Shown here: one piece after another, positions 62,357 through 64,000 of the stretch
How positions within the stretch are numbered: the stretch's first letter is position 1
How the letters are laid out: every line of letters starts with the position of its first letter
Source of the DNA: a virus
Length of the DNA: 64,000 bases
Direction: 5' to 3' (one strand)
IMG/VR virus record: IMGVR_UViG_3300037307_000721
Position numbers and translations under genes: made by a program
The notes under the pieces: generated by a model
Seen by the model: only the letters and a program-made list of their open reading frames with translations
What the model was told of the DNA's origin: nothing
Database searches by the model: none

Positions 62357-64000
62357 ATGTCCTACAGTCCAGAGCTACAGCACCTTCTCGACGGCCTGAA
62401 CGAGTACCAGGTCGCCGCCGTGAACATCGGCGGCGGCCTGGCCTCACTCGTCGGTGTGCCGGGGAGCGGCAAGACCAGAACCATCGTGGCCAGGATGGCA
62501 CGCATGGCCGAAGATGGCCTCGACCCCGACTACGTTCTGGCCATGACCTTCACGCGCGCAGCCGCGTCCGAGATGACGAGCCGACTCGACGCCCTCGGCG
62601 TTCGCAGTGCCAGGGTCGGCACCATCCACTCGGTGTGTCGGCAGATCGCCGCCGCCGAGACCGACCTGTTCGACCACGGCCGACTGGACGAGCGCAACAA
62701 GATGCAGCTCGAGCTGAAGAAGCTCCTCGGCGAGTTTCGTCGCAAGGGCAGCATCGCCAACCTGGGCGTCGACTTCGAGGGCGTATCGCGCTACGTCGAG
62801 GCGTGCAAGGCTTCGGGGCTCTGCTACATCGACGGCGATCCGCTCGGAATGAACAGCCAGGCGGAGAACCACCACCTGGAGCTGGGCAAGAAGTGGGCGC
62901 GCTCAGCTGGCGTCCACTCCAAGATGCTCTCCACGATCTACGTCGAGCTCGAGCGCCGGCGCGGCTCATTGGGCGTCTACGACTTCGACGACATGCTGCT
63001 CTGGGCCTGGATGAAGCTCATCGCCGACCCAGAGGCGCGACTGCGCTGGCGCCAGCGCTGGTCGCTCGTCATCGTCGACGAGGCGCAGGATTCGAACCCC
63101 GTCCAGTGGGACATCGCACGCATGCTGGTGGGTCTCGAGTCCTGCATCGACGGCGTGAGTCACCTCGCCTGCGCACCGAAGCGGGACGCCGAGTTCCACA
63201 ACCTGATGGTTGCCGGCGACCCCAGCCAGTCGATCTACCGCTGGCGCTCGGCTGAGCCGAATCTCTTCGTCGAGTTCGCGACCTCCAAGGACGTCGAGAG
63301 CCTGGTGCTGCCGCTCAACTATCGCTCGAACCAGAGCATCTGCTCGGTGGCCACCGGGTTGGTGCGCGAGAAGAAGTGGCACCTCGGCGGCGAGATCACT
63401 TCGACGAGCGGTCTCCTGCCGCCGACGGCGGTCAGCACCAAGCGCTATGACTCCGTAGAGGAAGAGGCCGAGGACATCGTCAGGAAGTGCATGGAGCTCG
63501 CCGAGGACGGCCGCGGCCTGCGCTCCTGCGCCGTGCTCTCGCGACTGCGAGTCGGGCTGGACCTCGTCGAGATCTCTTGCATCCGGCACCGCATCCGCTA
63601 CATCAAGCAGGCCGCCGGTTCCTTCTTCGAGAGCAAGGAGGTTCGCGACGTGCTGGCCTACTTGCGCGTCGCCGCCAACCTCGATCCGGATGGGACCTGG
63701 GCGCGGCACATCATCAACCGCCCGTTCCGCTACCTGGGCGCCAGCTACATCGGCAAGGCAGCGGCCTGGGCCGAGGCGCGCGGCATGTCCATCCTCGACG
63801 GGCTCGAGGCCTGCTCGGACGACATCAACTACAAGCAGCGGCAGGCCGTGCGCGACCTCTACTCCCTGCTGCAGAAGCTGAACCAGATCGCCGTCAAGGC
63901 CGAGGCTCGCTACCAGCAAGCCGAGCGCGAGCTGGCCGAACGCAAGGCCCGCGGCGAGGCCGGGTTGCCCGACGATCCGCTGGCCCTGCTGCACAGGGCG
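62357..64000 (+). CDS. uvrD: UvrD/PcrA/Rep-family SF1 helicase (truncated by window end; absent from ORF track)
   Basis: LNEYQ, GVPGSGKT, AMTFTRAAA.EM, GTIHS, DFDDML, VDEAQD, GDPSQSIYRWR, NYRS. Confidence 0.93.
   Translation, partial: MSYSPELQHLLDGLNEYQVAAVNIGGGLASLVGVPGSGKTRTIVARMARMAEDGLDPDYVLAMTFTRAAASEMTSRLDALGVRSARVGTIHSVCRQIAAAETDLFDHGRLDERNKMQLELKKLLGEFRRKGSIANLGVDFEGVSRYVEACKASGLCYIDGDPLGMNSQAENHHLELGKKWARSAGVHSKMLSTIYVELERRRGSLGVYDFDDMLLWAWMKLIADPEARLRWRQRWSLVIVDEAQDSNPVQWDIARMLVGLESCIDGVSHLACAPKRDAEFHNLMVAGDPSQSIYRWRSAEPNLFVEFATSKDVESLVLPLNYRSNQSICSVATGLVREKKWHLGGEITSTSGLLPPTAVSTKRYDSVEEEAEDIVRKCMELAEDGRGLRSCAVLSRLRVGLDLVEISCIRHRIRYIKQAAGSFFESKEVRDVLAYLRVAANLDPDGTWARHIINRPFRYLGASYIGKAAAWAEARGMSILDGLEACSDDINYKQRQAVRDLYSLLQKLNQIAVKAEARYQQAERELAERKARGEAGLPDDPLALLHRA

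Noticed and set aside
1-64000. Long minus-strand and alternate-frame ORFs in the track (e.g. 571-2973, 7341-9122, 16814-18232, 19087-20739, 60504-62501, 62966-63994)
   Set aside because: Shadow ORFs expected in high-GC DNA; Arg/Ala/Gly-rich, no motifs, and overlapping well-supported + strand genes.
1-64000. Integrase/att sites, virion genes, reverse transcriptase/DGR, rRNA, tRNA
   Set aside because: No diagnostic motifs were found by eye, so prophage versus free phage and DGR activity cannot be judged from this window.

Overview
A 64 kb, GC-rich stretch with about 130 short, tightly coupled genes. All credible genes are on the + strand, and many overlap through ATGA/TGATG stop-start junctions. 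This layout is typical of the early/middle region of a large dsDNA phage or phage-like element; a myxobacteria-like host is an inference from composition only. No capsid, terminase, integrase, rRNA, tRNA or CRISPR array was recognised. Recognisable genes: two CX5R (PTP/DSP-type) phosphatases, DUF5131, a DUF488-like protein, a Ycf46-like AAA+ ATPase with two probable partners, five HNH endonucleases, a metallophosphoesterase, a WGR-domain protein, an M50-like membrane protease, a class I methyltransferase, a GP88-like protein, a split SF2 helicase, a PD-(D/E)XK nuclease and a UvrD-family helicase that runs off the window end. Most notable observations: (1) three HNH cassettes sit inside host genes and carry a recoded copy of the gene end they displaced, leaving the original end stranded on the far side; (2) a type II hammerhead ribozyme overlaps an RBS (6129-6201); (3) a helically phased GTGC/GCAC array switches orientation at a central palindrome (7315-7447); (4) an SF2 helicase is split into two genes, the second ending in a hydrophobic tail; (5) an R-F-x-x-L motif recurs in five unrelated proteins; (6) a promoter class is followed by a conserved G-run tract. 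Family names come from motif recognition by eye, not from database searches.
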